A model generated the notes under the pieces. The model searched no databases and was not told the origin of the DNA. It worked only from the letters and a program-made list of their open reading frames with translations. From assembly GCA_945833925.1 (NCBI GenBank), contig CAMAFX010000002.1, forward strand, positions 31,036 through 95,035: DNA of 64,000 nt, read 5' to 3'. Both the position numbers and the translations under genes were made by a program. The stretch comes from an uncultured Prevotellaceae bacterium (GTDB lineage Bacteria > Bacteroidota > Bacteroidia > Bacteroidales > Bacteroidaceae). Shown piece by piece: positions 20,189-29,843 of the stretch (its first letter is position 1; each line of letters opens with the position of its first letter).

Positions 20189-20506
20189 GAATTAGATAAA
20201 GCGCTTCCAAACGACGAGAAACTTCCCTCTATCCCTTTCTTTTAACATTTATTGTTAGATATTCCTCTGCTTATTATTAGATATTAAGAGTTCTCACGTC
20301 TACTGGTTATTGTTCTCTTGAACCTTCCCAAAATAACATAAAGAACTAATTACCATGAATGACGTAGGTTAGGGACATTCCTGTAGTAGCAAACAAACTT
20401 CACTACTAACGACAGTTGCTTCCTTTTTGCAACTCCGCAGGTAACATTTCACAACAAGATGGTTGTATATCGTAAACTTGTGTTTTGCCACGCGCACTCT
20501 GCTTGA

Positions 20507-20962
20507 CTAAACCTTCATGCCGAGAAGGACGGCGAGGAGACCGAGAATGATGCTAAGTGCGGTGTAGGTGGCGTAGAGACCGTAATGGTTAGCGTTGAGC
20601 ATGGCAAGTCCTTCGTTGGAGAAGGTGCTGAAGGTGGTGAAACCACCGCACAGACCTACGGTGAGCATGAGGCGTGTGTCGGCTGTCCATCCGAAGCGGG
20701 CGGAGAGCGCGTTGAACAAGCCTATAAGGAAACATCCGCAGACGTTGCAGATGAGAGTGCCGATGGGGAACGGAGTTGTGCTCGAGAGTTGACCGGCAAT
20801 GTGATTAAAGATAGAAGAATTGCCGACGAAGGGTATATTCTTCAGGAAAGCAAAATGGCAGGTACCTGTGTTGATACCTGCCGTTATTGTGCTTATGAGG
20901 TAGCGCAGCACGCTGCCGCAGCCGCCTCCGATGAATACAAGAATGAGAGTGGAGAAATTCAT
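20507..20962 (-). CDS. crcB: fluoride ion channel CrcB/FluC
   Basis: 151 aa. GGGCGSVLRY, FPIGTLICN and GLCGGFTTFSTFSNE motifs are present. The ATG overlaps the purA stop (ATGA). Confidence 0.88.
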   Translation of the reverse strand: MNFSTLILVFIGGGCGSVLRYLISTITAGINTGTCHFAFLKNIPFVGNSSIFNHIAGQLSSTTPFPIGTLICNVCGCFLIGLFNALSARFGWTADTRLMLTVGLCGGFTTFSTFSNEGLAMLNANHYGLYATYTALSIILGLLAVLLGMKV

Positions 20963-22230
20963 TTTCTCTCGATGGTCTGTGCGCGGTCTGGACCTACGCT
21001 GACAATGGTGATAGGAGTTTCGAGTTCTGTTTCAAGATACTTGATGTAGCTTGCGAATGCCTCGGGGAAGTCCTCCTGGCGGGTGATGCCTGTAAGGTCG
21101 GTCTTCCAACCGGGAATCTCCTTGTAGACAGCCTTCCAGCCTTCGGTGTCGTAAGGCATATCGGTGGTCTGGACGCCGTCCTTCTCGTATGCAACACATG
21201 CCTTGATGGTGTCGAAGCTGTCGAGCACGTCGCCCTTCATCATGATGAGCTGTGTCACGCCGTTAATCATAATTGCATACTTGAGAGCCACGAGGTCCAC
21301 CCATCCGCAACGGCGGTTGCGACCTGTCACTGCTCCGTACTCGTGACCAATCTCGCGAATCTTGTCGCCAACCTCGTCGAACAGTTCAACAGGGAACGGA
21401 CCGGCGCCAACGCGTGTGCTGTATGCCTTGAAGATACCGAACACCTCGCCGATGCTGTTGGGAGCCACGCCGAGACCGGTGCAGACGCCACCGCAGACGG
21501 TGCTGCTTGAGCTGACGAATGGATAGGTGCCGTGGTCGATGTCGAGCATGGTGCCCTGAGCGCCCTCAGCAAGAACGTTCTTGCCTTCGCGGAGATACTT
21601 GTTGATTTCTATTTCTGTGTCGGTGAGAGGGAAGGTGCGCATATACTCGATGCCCTCCATCCACTTCTTCTCCTCCTCGGTGATGTCGTAGTCGGTGAAG
21701 TTGAGGTCGCGCAGAATCTGCTCGTGACGTGCCTTCAGCGCAGCGTACTTTGCAGGGAAGTTCTCGAGGATATCACCCACGCGCAGACTGGTGCGGCTTG
21801 CCTTCTCGCTGTAGGTAGGACCGATGCCCTTGCCTGTTGTGCCGACCTTGCTCTTGCCCTTGGCAGCCTCGTAGGCACGGTCGAGAACGCGGTGTGTTGG
21901 CAGGATGAGATGAGCGCGCTTGCTGATGTGCAGGCGGCTGCGCAGGTCGTAGCCTGCAGTCTCGAGTTCCTGTGCTTCAGCCATGAAGAGGTCTGGAGCG
22001 ATGACACAACCATTACCGATGATATTGAGTTTGCCTTCGTCGAAGATGCCCGAAGGTATGCTGCGAAGCACGAACTTCTTGCCTTCGAAGATGATGGTAT
22101 GACCGGCATTAGGACCACCGGCAAAACGTGCAACTACGTCATACTTGGGAGTGAACACGTCAACTACCTTTCCTTTACCTTCGTCTCCGAACACGATGCC
22201 AAGAAGTGCATCAACTTTTCCTTTTTCCAT
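20959..22230 (-). CDS. purA: adenylosuccinate synthetase
   Basis: 423 aa. P-loop GDEGKGK and the GTTGKGIGP motif are present. Confidence 0.95.
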   Translation of the reverse strand: MEKGKVDALLGIVFGDEGKGKVVDVFTPKYDVVARFAGGPNAGHTIIFEGKKFVLRSIPSGIFDEGKLNIIGNGCVIAPDLFMAEAQELETAGYDLRSRLHISKRAHLILPTHRVLDRAYEAAKGKSKVGTTGKGIGPTYSEKASRTSLRVGDILENFPAKYAALKARHEQILRDLNFTDYDITEEEKKWMEGIEYMRTFPLTDTEIEINKYLREGKNVLAEGAQGTMLDIDHGTYPFVSSSSTVCGGVCTGLGVAPNSIGEVFGIFKAYSTRVGAGPFPVELFDEVGDKIREIGHEYGAVTGRNRRCGWVDLVALKYAIMINGVTQLIMMKGDVLDSFDTIKACVAYEKDGVQTTDMPYDTEGWKAVYKEIPGWKTDLTGITRQEDFPEAFASYIKYLETELETPITIVSVGPDRAQTIERK

Positions 22231-22252
22231 TGTCTGTTATTTGTTTACTGCA

Positions 22253-22260
22253 CAAAGTTA
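22253..22260 (-). promoter_or_regulatory. -7 promoter box TAACTTTG for purA-crcB
   Basis: Plus-strand CAAAGTTA is TAACTTTG on the minus strand, about 22 nt upstream of the purA ATG. It matches the Bacteroides TAnnTTTG consensus. Confidence 0.4.
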
Positions 22261-22313
22261 CACAAATAATTGATATGTGCTAAAAAAATACTGCGAAAAT
22301 TGAGCGTTGAAAG

Positions 22314-22859
22314 TCAAAAATTGAGATTTATTGCCATGATTGCCTTGCGCAGTGCAAGTGGTGCGTCTGGTGCGACCGCCAGCATCTGGTCCTTCAGTTC
22401 GGCGGTGGTTCGCTCGTTGAACTCTGCTCCGTCGCGCAGCAGACGTGCAATGATGAGATAACCACACAGTTGTGTGAGTTCGTCGTCGCGCGCTATCCAT
22501 TCGAACGCCTTTGTCGGAGCATAGGGCAGGCGCGAGAAGAGATTCATCACAGCCATCTGCGCTATCTCCGTGTTGCCTACCTGGCTCACCCATATGTCGG
22601 CCACCTCGGGGTAGAAGCGGTCTATTGGCATGAGCATTGTGGCAAGTATCTTGCTCTCGCGTACGTTCTCGTGCCACAGTTGCTGTGCCACCTCGTGGCT
22701 CGGCTCGAACTCGGATGCGATGTAGCGCAGTCGTGGCAGTTCGATGCCGAAGTTGATGTGGTAGGCGAGTCCGTTCTCGCGCATGTACTGCGAGGCGATG
22801 CCGTTCATGTTGGCTCGCAGTTCCTTCTTTATGTTCTTTATTGTTTCTTCGGTTGTCAT
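22314..22859 (-). CDS. DNA alkylation repair (AlkD-like HEAT-repeat) protein
   Basis: 181 aa, all-helical. The pattern ...LRANMNGIASQYMRENG...LWHENVRESKILA... resembles the DNA_alkylation family. Recognised by eye only. Confidence 0.5.
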   Translation of the reverse strand: MTTEETIKNIKKELRANMNGIASQYMRENGLAYHINFGIELPRLRYIASEFEPSHEVAQQLWHENVRESKILATMLMPIDRFYPEVADIWVSQVGNTEIAQMAVMNLFSRLPYAPTKAFEWIARDDELTQLCGYLIIARLLRDGAEFNERTTAELKDQMLAVAPDAPLALRKAIMAINLNF

Positions 22860-22930
22860 AGATGGATTAACAGGAGTTATCGGGAGTTGTCAGGAGTTAT
22901 CAAAAGTTCTTCTGCACTTCGTGCGAAGCG

Positions 22931-24973
22931 TCACCGCAAGCGGATGCCGAGCGAGCATGAATAGTCGCGGCCGTAGCGCAGCATCTGCTGGGCGAATGTC
23001 TCGTCGTAGTGTGGTGTTACCCTGGTGATGTTGCCCTGGGCGTCGCGTTCCACCTCGTAGCGAGGGTTGATGAATCCCTTGTATGGAGCCAGGTTGAGAG
23101 CCTTGTAGCGTTGCAGCACCTCCTGGTGAAGGTCTGCATCCACCTTGACGCCGTACTGCTCCACCAGTTGCTGTGCAGCGTCGTAGTCGCCCTCGCTCTT
23201 GATGCGCTGTACCTCGGCAAGCAGCGAGCCGAATGCAGTGCGCAGTGTGGCATAGTCGTTCACCTTGACGTATGTCTTTCCGTCCTGGTGCACCATCTGT
23301 GCTGCGTCGGGGTAGTTTGCCATCACCCAGTGTGCGATGAGGCTGCGGTTGCGCATGTGCGACTCCTCGATGTTGTTGCCCGGTTCGATGCGTACGAGTT
23401 GCGTCATCAGTCCGTTCATCAGGTACGAATAGTATTGAGCCTTGTGTGCATCGTCGTTGGGGGTCAGTCCCAGTTCCACCAGTTTGGGGTCGGCAAGGTA
23501 GTAGAGGCCGAACAGGTCGGCGCGTGCCTCCTCTATGGTGCTGCCGTATGCCTTCAGCGCGTCGGGGTCAACGCCAGGCAACATTTGTCCGCTGCCGTGA
23601 CCCAGGCACTCGTGCAGGTCGGTGTGCAGATCGTCGCATACATCGGCATATTTCTCCAGAAGGTTGAAGGTGGCGTTGTCGGTGTCGTGGATGACAAACT
23701 CCTCGCGGAATCCGTTGCCATGCGCCGCCTTGTCGTAGGCGCTGGTAAGGTTGCCTATGGTAACGCTCTTGCTGCCATACTCCTGGCGCACCCAGTTACT
23801 GTTGGGCAGGTTGATGCCGATGGCACTGCTGGGGTAGAGGTCGCCGCCCAGAATGGCAGCCACGATGACCTTTGCCGACACGCCTCGGCACTCCTTCTTC
23901 TTGAATCGTGGGTCGACGGGCGAGTGGTCCTCGAACCACTGTGCGTTGCGGCTCAGTGTCTCAGTGCGCTGCGTGGCGTCGAGGTCGGTGAAGTTGGCGT
24001 ATCCCTCCCACGAAGCCTTCAGCCCGAGTGGGTCGCCGTACACCTCGGTGAATCCGTTGGTGAAGTCCACGCGGTCGCCTGTATTCTGCACCCACTTGAT
24101 GGTGTACTGGTCGAATGTATTGAGGTCGCCGGTGCGATAGAAGTCGATGAGTGTTCGGATTACGTCAGCCTGCTGTTCGCTCTCGGTAAATGGGAGAGCC
24201 AGTTCGAGGTGCTCGATGATATGGCTGATGGCGTTGCCGTAGAGTCCGCCCTCCTTCCATACGAGTTCGAAGAGTTGTCCGTCGCCCTCCTTCACCAGAC
24301 GGCTGTTCATGCCGTACATTACGGGACGTGATGGGTCGCTGGCAGCAGCCTTCTGCTCGTTGTAGAAAGCCTCTGCCTCTGCCTGTGTCACACCCTCGCC
24401 GTAATAGTTGCACGCCGACGTCAGCAGCAGGTCCTCGCCTTGTGCCTGATTGACACGCTTGGACATGAGCGACTCGTCGAAGATGACGTCGAGCAGAGTG
24501 TCGAGGCATATGTTGCATTTTTCGTTCGTGCTGTCCTTACATTTGCCGTCTGTGCCTTTCTCCTTGCCGCCTTCTGTCCATTCCGCAATGCTTGTCTGGG
24601 CGTTAGTCTCGTCAATCAGTTGCACGAGGAACTGGCGTGAGAATCCGGGCTTGAACTTGTCGGTGGCATAGTGATGGTGAATGCCGTTGGAAAACCATGT
24701 GCGCTTCAGGTACACCTCGAATGCGCAGAACTCCTCACTCCCGCGATTTCCAGTGAAGTGTGTGTACACGTGCTCCAAGAGTCGTCGCAGTGGCAGGTTG
24801 TAGCGGCAGTTCTGGTCCCACAGAATGTCACGTCCCCACAAGGCAGCCTCGCTGAGATGCCATATAAGCGTCTGTTGACGCAAAGAGAGCGTTTCGAAAC
24901 CTTCAACTCTGTACCTCAGTAGTTGCAGGTCAGCGAAACGCTCGTCCTGATAACTAAAAGTTTTGTCTTGCAT
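22931..24973 (-). CDS. dipeptidyl-peptidase III (M49 family)
   Basis: 680 aa. Hexapeptide zinc motif HECLGH and second motif EEARADLFGLYY are present. The size matches bacteroidal DPP III. Confidence 0.85.
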   Translation of the reverse strand: MQDKTFSYQDERFADLQLLRYRVEGFETLSLRQQTLIWHLSEAALWGRDILWDQNCRYNLPLRRLLEHVYTHFTGNRGSEEFCAFEVYLKRTWFSNGIHHHYATDKFKPGFSRQFLVQLIDETNAQTSIAEWTEGGKEKGTDGKCKDSTNEKCNICLDTLLDVIFDESLMSKRVNQAQGEDLLLTSACNYYGEGVTQAEAEAFYNEQKAAASDPSRPVMYGMNSRLVKEGDGQLFELVWKEGGLYGNAISHIIEHLELALPFTESEQQADVIRTLIDFYRTGDLNTFDQYTIKWVQNTGDRVDFTNGFTEVYGDPLGLKASWEGYANFTDLDATQRTETLSRNAQWFEDHSPVDPRFKKKECRGVSAKVIVAAILGGDLYPSSAIGINLPNSNWVRQEYGSKSVTIGNLTSAYDKAAHGNGFREEFVIHDTDNATFNLLEKYADVCDDLHTDLHECLGHGSGQMLPGVDPDALKAYGSTIEEARADLFGLYYLADPKLVELGLTPNDDAHKAQYYSYLMNGLMTQLVRIEPGNNIEESHMRNRSLIAHWVMANYPDAAQMVHQDGKTYVKVNDYATLRTAFGSLLAEVQRIKSEGDYDAAQQLVEQYGVKVDADLHQEVLQRYKALNLAPYKGFINPRYEVERDAQGNITRVTPHYDETFAQQMLRYGRDYSCSLGIRLR

Positions 24974-25000
24974 TAAGACCTTTTCAATGATTAAGATGTT

Positions 25001-25423
25001 TTACTTCTTTGAGGCTGCATGCTCGTCCTTGTATGCACGTGGACTGATACCTTTGAGACGGTAGAATGCAGAGTAGAATGACTGACGGTTGGCAAATCCC
25101 ACCATCTGCGAGATCTCTTCCATTGTCTTCTTTGCGTAGCGTTTGTCAACCAGCAAATACATAGCCTCCTTGATGCGGTATTCGTTGACAAGACATGAGT
25201 AGTTTTGGTTAAATCGGAGGTTCACTACTGCACTGATGTAGCGTGTGTTTGTTTCAAGTTCTTCAGCCAGTTTCTTTGCGGAAAACTCAGGGTCGCGGTA
25301 TTTCTTGTCCACAACCATTGCTTTAAGAATCTTCTCGTATAGCTCGTCCACCAATTCTGCTCTGACGAGCGTTCTGTACGTTGCGTGTTTATCCTTCTTT
25401 TCTTTTAGATTGTACTTTGCCAT
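25001..25423 (-). CDS. AraC-family helix-turn-helix protein (DNA-binding domain only)
   Basis: 140 aa. SAKKLAEELETNTRYISAVV...GFANRQSFYSAFYRLKGISPRAYK is the dual-HTH AraC C-terminal domain. No sensor domain is present. Confidence 0.8.
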   Translation of the reverse strand: MAKYNLKEKKDKHATYRTLVRAELVDELYEKILKAMVVDKKYRDPEFSAKKLAEELETNTRYISAVVNLRFNQNYSCLVNEYRIKEAMYLLVDKRYAKKTMEEISQMVGFANRQSFYSAFYRLKGISPRAYKDEHAASKK

Positions 25424-25460
25424 TGCTGTAAAAAATTGGTTCTTTATTCGTTATCCTCTG

Positions 25461-25468
25461 CAAAGATA
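25461..25468 (-). promoter_or_regulatory. -7 promoter box TATCTTTG for the AraC-type gene
   Basis: Plus-strand CAAAGATA lies about 38 nt upstream of the ATG at 25423. Confidence 0.4.
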
Positions 25469-25521
25469 ATAAAAATAACTCAAAAAGTGAAATATAATTA
25501 ACGTAATTTTAGAAATATACG

Positions 25522-28368
25522 TTAGATTTGCGTACTTTTTTCCTGCATTTTCTCTTCTTTTATGGATTCTTCAGCCTTGGTATGGGTGTTCAGTTGCTGA
25601 GTCAGAGACGCAATTGTAAGCATTACCTCACGACGTCTGCCCTCAAGTGTGTCAATTTGTGCCGACAATTGGTGAAGCGCAAGGTCGGTGTCGTTGCCGT
25701 TGAGGTTTCCCTCAGCCTGCAGTGCCACCAGTTGGCTGTTCAGTTTGTCCACGCGTGCCTGTGTCAGCAGCGAGTCAACCTGTATGGCTCTGAGTTCTGT
25801 TCGCATGTCGTTCCAGTTGCGGTCGGTTCCGAATATCTCCTCTAGTTCGTTGTACTGCACTGGCGAGTGGTTGGCGTTGTACTGTCTCATCCACACGTCG
25901 ACTCCCTGTCGTTCGTTCTGTGCCCTTTCGTCGAAGACAACACCGTTGTCCAGGCACTCCTGGTGGCGTCCTGTGGCAAAACTGTGCTTCAGACTGCACC
26001 CCTTCACCTTCTCCTGTTGCTTTTTGAGGTCGGAGACAGCCTTGCGGTAGTCGTTGGTGCTGGTCTCCAGTTTCTGCTTTGACGATAGCTTGCCGATGAG
26101 TTTCTCCAGTTTCTTCTCGCCCTCCTCTATGACGTCGTTGTGGTCCTTCAGGTTGTCCTGTGTGGTGGCTATGTCGGCCATTACATACTGCAGTGTGCTC
26201 TCGTAGTTCTCCAGCGTAGCCTTCTGTGCATTGCACTCGTTCTCAGCCTCTTCGAGTTGCCGGTTCAGAGTCTTGCAGTTCTTTATGGTCTCCTGTATGC
26301 GCATTATGAGAGCCTCGTGGCTGTTTTGCCAGATGCTGAGCCAGTCGGGTATGGTGATCATCTTGTCCACCGTCTCAAAGAGTCGGCTGTATTCGTCGTT
26401 TGCCTCCTGCTTCTGCGTGTTTATCTTGTCCAGATGCACAGCCATCACCTGGCATCCCGTGTTCACCTCGTTCAGACGAGTTATGAGTTCCGACTTTCTG
26501 AGGTCCTGCACCGATATCTGCTCGGTCAGTTCGTTGATGCGGTTCTGGTGGAAGTTGAAAGTGTCAAGTTCCTTCTGAGCCTTTTCCACGTCCGACGTGA
26601 TGTTTTCTATGAGTTGTCGCAGCATGACGGTACGTGCCGGAGCGTTGACCGACGAGTCGCAGTCGGCAAAGGTGTGGTCCAGGTTGCTGAACATCTGCCA
26701 GTCGCGTATGTATCCGTTCTGCAGTTCGCGCAGCGTTATGAGCGTGTTCTCAAGTTCCTCCTTGCGTGCCGACACGGTGGCGTGTTCCAGTTGCATCTCG
26801 CGCAGCAACTGCTCCTTGCCCCTCAGTTCGGTCGACAGTGCCTCGTACTCCATTTTTATATCGCTGATGAGTTTGTTCTGCTCCAGCATGGTGTCGCTGT
26901 GGTAGGGGTGATGCGTGGCTCCGCACACCGTGCAACTGGTTCCCTCCTTCAGGTCGCTGCGCAGTTGTATGACGTTCTGGCTCTTGCTGAGTGTAAAGGT
27001 ATATTCCTTTTCGTGAGTAGTGCGGCGCAGCACTCCGAGTTCCTTCTCCAGAGCGCTTATCTTGTCGGTCAGACTCTCCTTCTTGAGTCGCAGCGAGTTG
27101 ATGTTCTGCGCTGTGTCCTCGATGAGCGCGTATCCGTTAGCGATACGGTTCCACAGCGACTGTGCACTGAGCAGCATCTCGCGTCTCAGTTTCAGTTTCA
27201 TGGCGCGTTCCTGAAGGTGGTAACTGTTCAGACCATGGTTGTGCTCGCGGTGCACGCGCAGTTCGTCCTTCAGTGCGCTGATGGTCTGCTCAACCTGTTG
27301 GTAGTCAGTATATACACGTCCCAGCATCTCGTTCTCGTCCGTCTGGCGCTTCAGGCTTTCCTTCTGTGCAGCCTCAATCTTCGTGAGTCGCATTCGCAAG
27401 TCGTTGAGCATCGTCAGTCGCTCCAGTACCAGTTCGCCGTGTTCTGCCATCTGCTGGTGTGGTGCTATGCTCTGCTTGCGTGTCCTTATGGCACCTATCT
27501 TCTCCTCCATCGCTTGTATGCTGCGCTGCTGCTCGCTTATCTCCTTCTCCAGGGCAGTGCGCTGGTTGTTGAGGCTGGCGAGTCGCTCCGACAGTCGGTG
27601 AACGAGAATCTGTATGTAAGCATTTTTGCTTTCTATGGTCTGTGCCTCGCTGTATATCTCGATGGTGGCACTCATCTGTCTTGTGACGTCGTTCATCTCG
27701 TCCTCCTGCTGGTTGAGGCGCTTGGTCTCGTCCTCCAGTTCGCGGTTGGCTGTGTCAATGTCGCGCGTCAGTTCGCTCAGGTGCTGTTTGTTCTGGCGTC
27801 GCAGTGCTTCCAGCACGCTCAGTCGCTGGTACTGTCCCTGCACGTTCTCGAACGCCTCGAAGCGGTTCAGTGTCTCGCGGTCGTTGATGCTGGCAGCCAT
27901 CTGCTTGTTCACCTCGTAAAGGTGCTTCTTGTACTCGTTGAGTTCGAACGACAGTTCCTGGTAGCGGTGTACACGTTCCAGTTGGATGCGCGTGCGTGCC
28001 AGGTTCTCCTCGATGTTCTCCATCTTCGTCTCGTTCAGACGCAGCGACTCCTTGATACGCGCCAGGTGGGGTGCGCTCAGAATCTGCTCGTTCAGTCGCA
28101 TGCGCTTTGCCTCCTGACGTATTATCTGCTGCACTTCGTAACTGTTGGTGTCCAGTTGTGGCTTTGCCTTGGTGGCAGGTTTCTCCTCGGCTTCGGGCTG
28201 CGTCTCGCGTCTCTCTTCCTGTTGTGTCGCGTCGTCACCGTTGTTCAGTCTGTCGAAGTCAATGTGTTCTGCCTGGCTTGGCAGTTCGTCTGTTTGCTTG
28301 TTATGTCGTTTGTTGAAAAATATCATCTTGAAAATTGCTTTGTTACGCAAAGGTACGAAATAATTCAT
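25522..28368 (-). CDS. long coiled-coil protein with central SbcC/Rad50-like CxxC zinc-hook motif and no ATPase head domains
   Basis: The ORF is open from 28452, but the likely start is M29 (28368) or M43 (28326), because 28452 is only 14 nt from hisS. The sequence is heptad-rich throughout. The central motif GTSCTVCGATHHPYHS (nt ~26905-26940) resembles the E. coli SbcC hook CPLCGSxxHP. I see no Walker A, signature or Walker B motif. Confidence 0.75.
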   Translation of the reverse strand: MNYFVPLRNKAIFKMIFFNKRHNKQTDELPSQAEHIDFDRLNNGDDATQQEERRETQPEAEEKPATKAKPQLDTNSYEVQQIIRQEAKRMRLNEQILSAPHLARIKESLRLNETKMENIEENLARTRIQLERVHRYQELSFELNEYKKHLYEVNKQMAASINDRETLNRFEAFENVQGQYQRLSVLEALRRQNKQHLSELTRDIDTANRELEDETKRLNQQEDEMNDVTRQMSATIEIYSEAQTIESKNAYIQILVHRLSERLASLNNQRTALEKEISEQQRSIQAMEEKIGAIRTRKQSIAPHQQMAEHGELVLERLTMLNDLRMRLTKIEAAQKESLKRQTDENEMLGRVYTDYQQVEQTISALKDELRVHREHNHGLNSYHLQERAMKLKLRREMLLSAQSLWNRIANGYALIEDTAQNINSLRLKKESLTDKISALEKELGVLRRTTHEKEYTFTLSKSQNVIQLRSDLKEGTSCTVCGATHHPYHSDTMLEQNKLISDIKMEYEALSTELRGKEQLLREMQLEHATVSARKEELENTLITLRELQNGYIRDWQMFSNLDHTFADCDSSVNAPARTVMLRQLIENITSDVEKAQKELDTFNFHQNRINELTEQISVQDLRKSELITRLNEVNTGCQVMAVHLDKINTQKQEANDEYSRLFETVDKMITIPDWLSIWQNSHEALIMRIQETIKNCKTLNRQLEEAENECNAQKATLENYESTLQYVMADIATTQDNLKDHNDVIEEGEKKLEKLIGKLSSKQKLETSTNDYRKAVSDLKKQQEKVKGCSLKHSFATGRHQECLDNGVVFDERAQNERQGVDVWMRQYNANHSPVQYNELEEIFGTDRNWNDMRTELRAIQVDSLLTQARVDKLNSQLVALQAEGNLNGNDTDLALHQLSAQIDTLEGRRREVMLTIASLTQQLNTHTKAEESIKEEKMQEKSTQI

Positions 28369-28420
28369 AATACGTAATTCATAAATAAGAATTATTGTTT
28401 GTCGTTTCCTCCTTTTTTTG

Positions 28421-28428
28421 TAATTTTG
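28421..28428 (+). promoter_or_regulatory. -7 promoter box TAATTTTG for hisS
   Basis: Matches TAnnTTTG, 38 nt upstream of the hisS ATG. Confidence 0.45.
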
Positions 28429-28466
28429 CGCCCGCATAACTAAAATATACATTATTTATTTATACG

Positions 28467-29843
28467 ATGAAACCAAGTATTCCCAAAGGTACACGAGACT
28501 TCTCGCCACTTGAGATGGCGAAGCGTAACTATATTTTCGACACCATTCGCAGTGTGTATGCCCTCTATGGGTTTCAGCAGATTGAGACTCCAGCCATGGA
28601 GAACCTGTCGACGCTGATGGGCAAGTACGGTGAGGAAGGCGACAAACTCCTCTTCAAGATTCTGAACAGCGGTGACTTCCTGCGTGGCGTGAGCGACGAG
28701 GACATTCACCAGAAGACAACCAACCAACTGGCTGCACAGTTGTGCGAGAAGGGTTTGCGTTACGACCTCACTGTGCCGTTCGCACGCTACGTTGTTCAGC
28801 ACCGCGAGGAACTGACACTGCCATTCCGCCGCTACCAGATACAGCCGGTATGGCGTGCCGACCGTCCACAGAAGGGTCGTTACCGCGAGTTCTACCAGTG
28901 CGACGCCGATGTTGTGGGCAGCGACTCTCTGCTCAACGAGGTCGAACTGATGCAGATTGTCAGCGAGGTGTTCCGTCGCTTCGGAGTGCGCGTGTGCGTT
29001 AAGATCAACAACCGCAAGATACTGACAGGTATTGCCGAGATTATCGGTGCTACCGACAAGATAGTAGACATTACCGTAGCCATTGACAAACTTGACAAGA
29101 TAGGTCTGGACAACGTCAATGCAGAACTGCGCGAGGACGGACTCAGCGAGGAGCAGATAGAGAAGCTGCAGCCCATCATCAAACTCTCGGGCAGCAACGA
29201 CGAGAAGATGGCGACAATGCGCGAGGTGCTGAAGGATAGCGAGACAGGCTTGAAGGGTGTCGACGAGGTTGAGTTCGTGCTCAACACCCTGGCTTCGCTT
29301 GCCGCTGGCGAGGAGACGGAGAGCGCCAACTCATACTACGAACTCGACCTTACCCTGGCACGTGGCTTGAACTACTACACTGGCTGCATCTTCGAGGTGA
29401 AGGCTCTCGACGTCGAGATTGGCAGCATCACCGGTGGTGGCCGCTACGACAACCTCACAGGCATCTTCGGTATGCCGGGCATTTCGGGTGTGGGCATCTC
29501 GTTTGGTGCCGACCGCATCTTCGACGTTCTCAATCAGTTGGAACTTTATCCAGAGAGCGTCGTCTCTGCCACACGCCTTCTGTTCGTCAACTTCGGCGAG
29601 CGCGAGGCAGCCTATTCAATGCCGGTCATCGGCAAGGCACGCAAGGCAGGCATCGCATGCGAGATTTATCCTGACAGCGTCAAGATGAAGAAGCAGATGC
29701 AGTATGCCAACCAGAAGGCGATACCATTCGTAGCCATCGTCGGTGAGACCGAGATGGAGCAGGGCAAACTGACCCTGAAGAATATGACAACCGGCGAGCA
29801 GAGCCTTGTGACTCCCGACGAACTTATTGCAGTCATCAAATGA
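28467..29843 (+). CDS. hisS: histidine--tRNA ligase
   Basis: 458 aa. Class II motifs are present (…[27 protein letters not shown]…, …GGGRYDNL…). Confidence 0.95.
   Translation: MKPSIPKGTRDFSPLEMAKRNYIFDTIRSVYALYGFQQIETPAMENLSTLMGKYGEEGDKLLFKILNSGDFLRGVSDEDIHQKTTNQLAAQLCEKGLRYDLTVPFARYVVQHREELTLPFRRYQIQPVWRADRPQKGRYREFYQCDADVVGSDSLLNEVELMQIVSEVFRRFGVRVCVKINNRKILTGIAEIIGATDKIVDITVAIDKLDKIGLDNVNAELREDGLSEEQIEKLQPIIKLSGSNDEKMATMREVLKDSETGLKGVDEVEFVLNTLASLAAGEETESANSYYELDLTLARGLNYYTGCIFEVKALDVEIGSITGGGRYDNLTGIFGMPGISGVGISFGADRIFDVLNQLELYPESVVSATRLLFVNFGEREAAYSMPVIGKARKAGIACEIYPDSVKMKKQMQYANQKAIPFVAIVGETEMEQGKLTLKNMTTGEQSLVTPDELIAVIK

Noticed and set aside
20163-20506. Possible tRNA or small RNA gene in the ORF-free AT-rich spacer.
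   Set aside because: I could find no T-loop (GGTTCGAAT-like) or cloverleaf arrangement on either strand. Only weak hairpins are present. It stays flagged as unexplained under the blaI finding rather than called as an RNA gene.
22231-22313. Fluoride riboswitch expected upstream of crcB.
   Set aside because: crcB has no own upstream region because it overlaps purA. The purA leader is only ~20 nt, and I could not see the conserved crcB-motif pseudoknot elements. A covariance-model scan is needed for certainty.
28369-28452. First 28-42 codons of the coiled-coil ORF ([18 protein letters not shown]...).
   Set aside because: A start at 28452 would leave 14 nt to the divergent hisS start and would run through the hisS promoter box. 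The internal ATGs at 28368 or 28326 are more plausible, though unverified.
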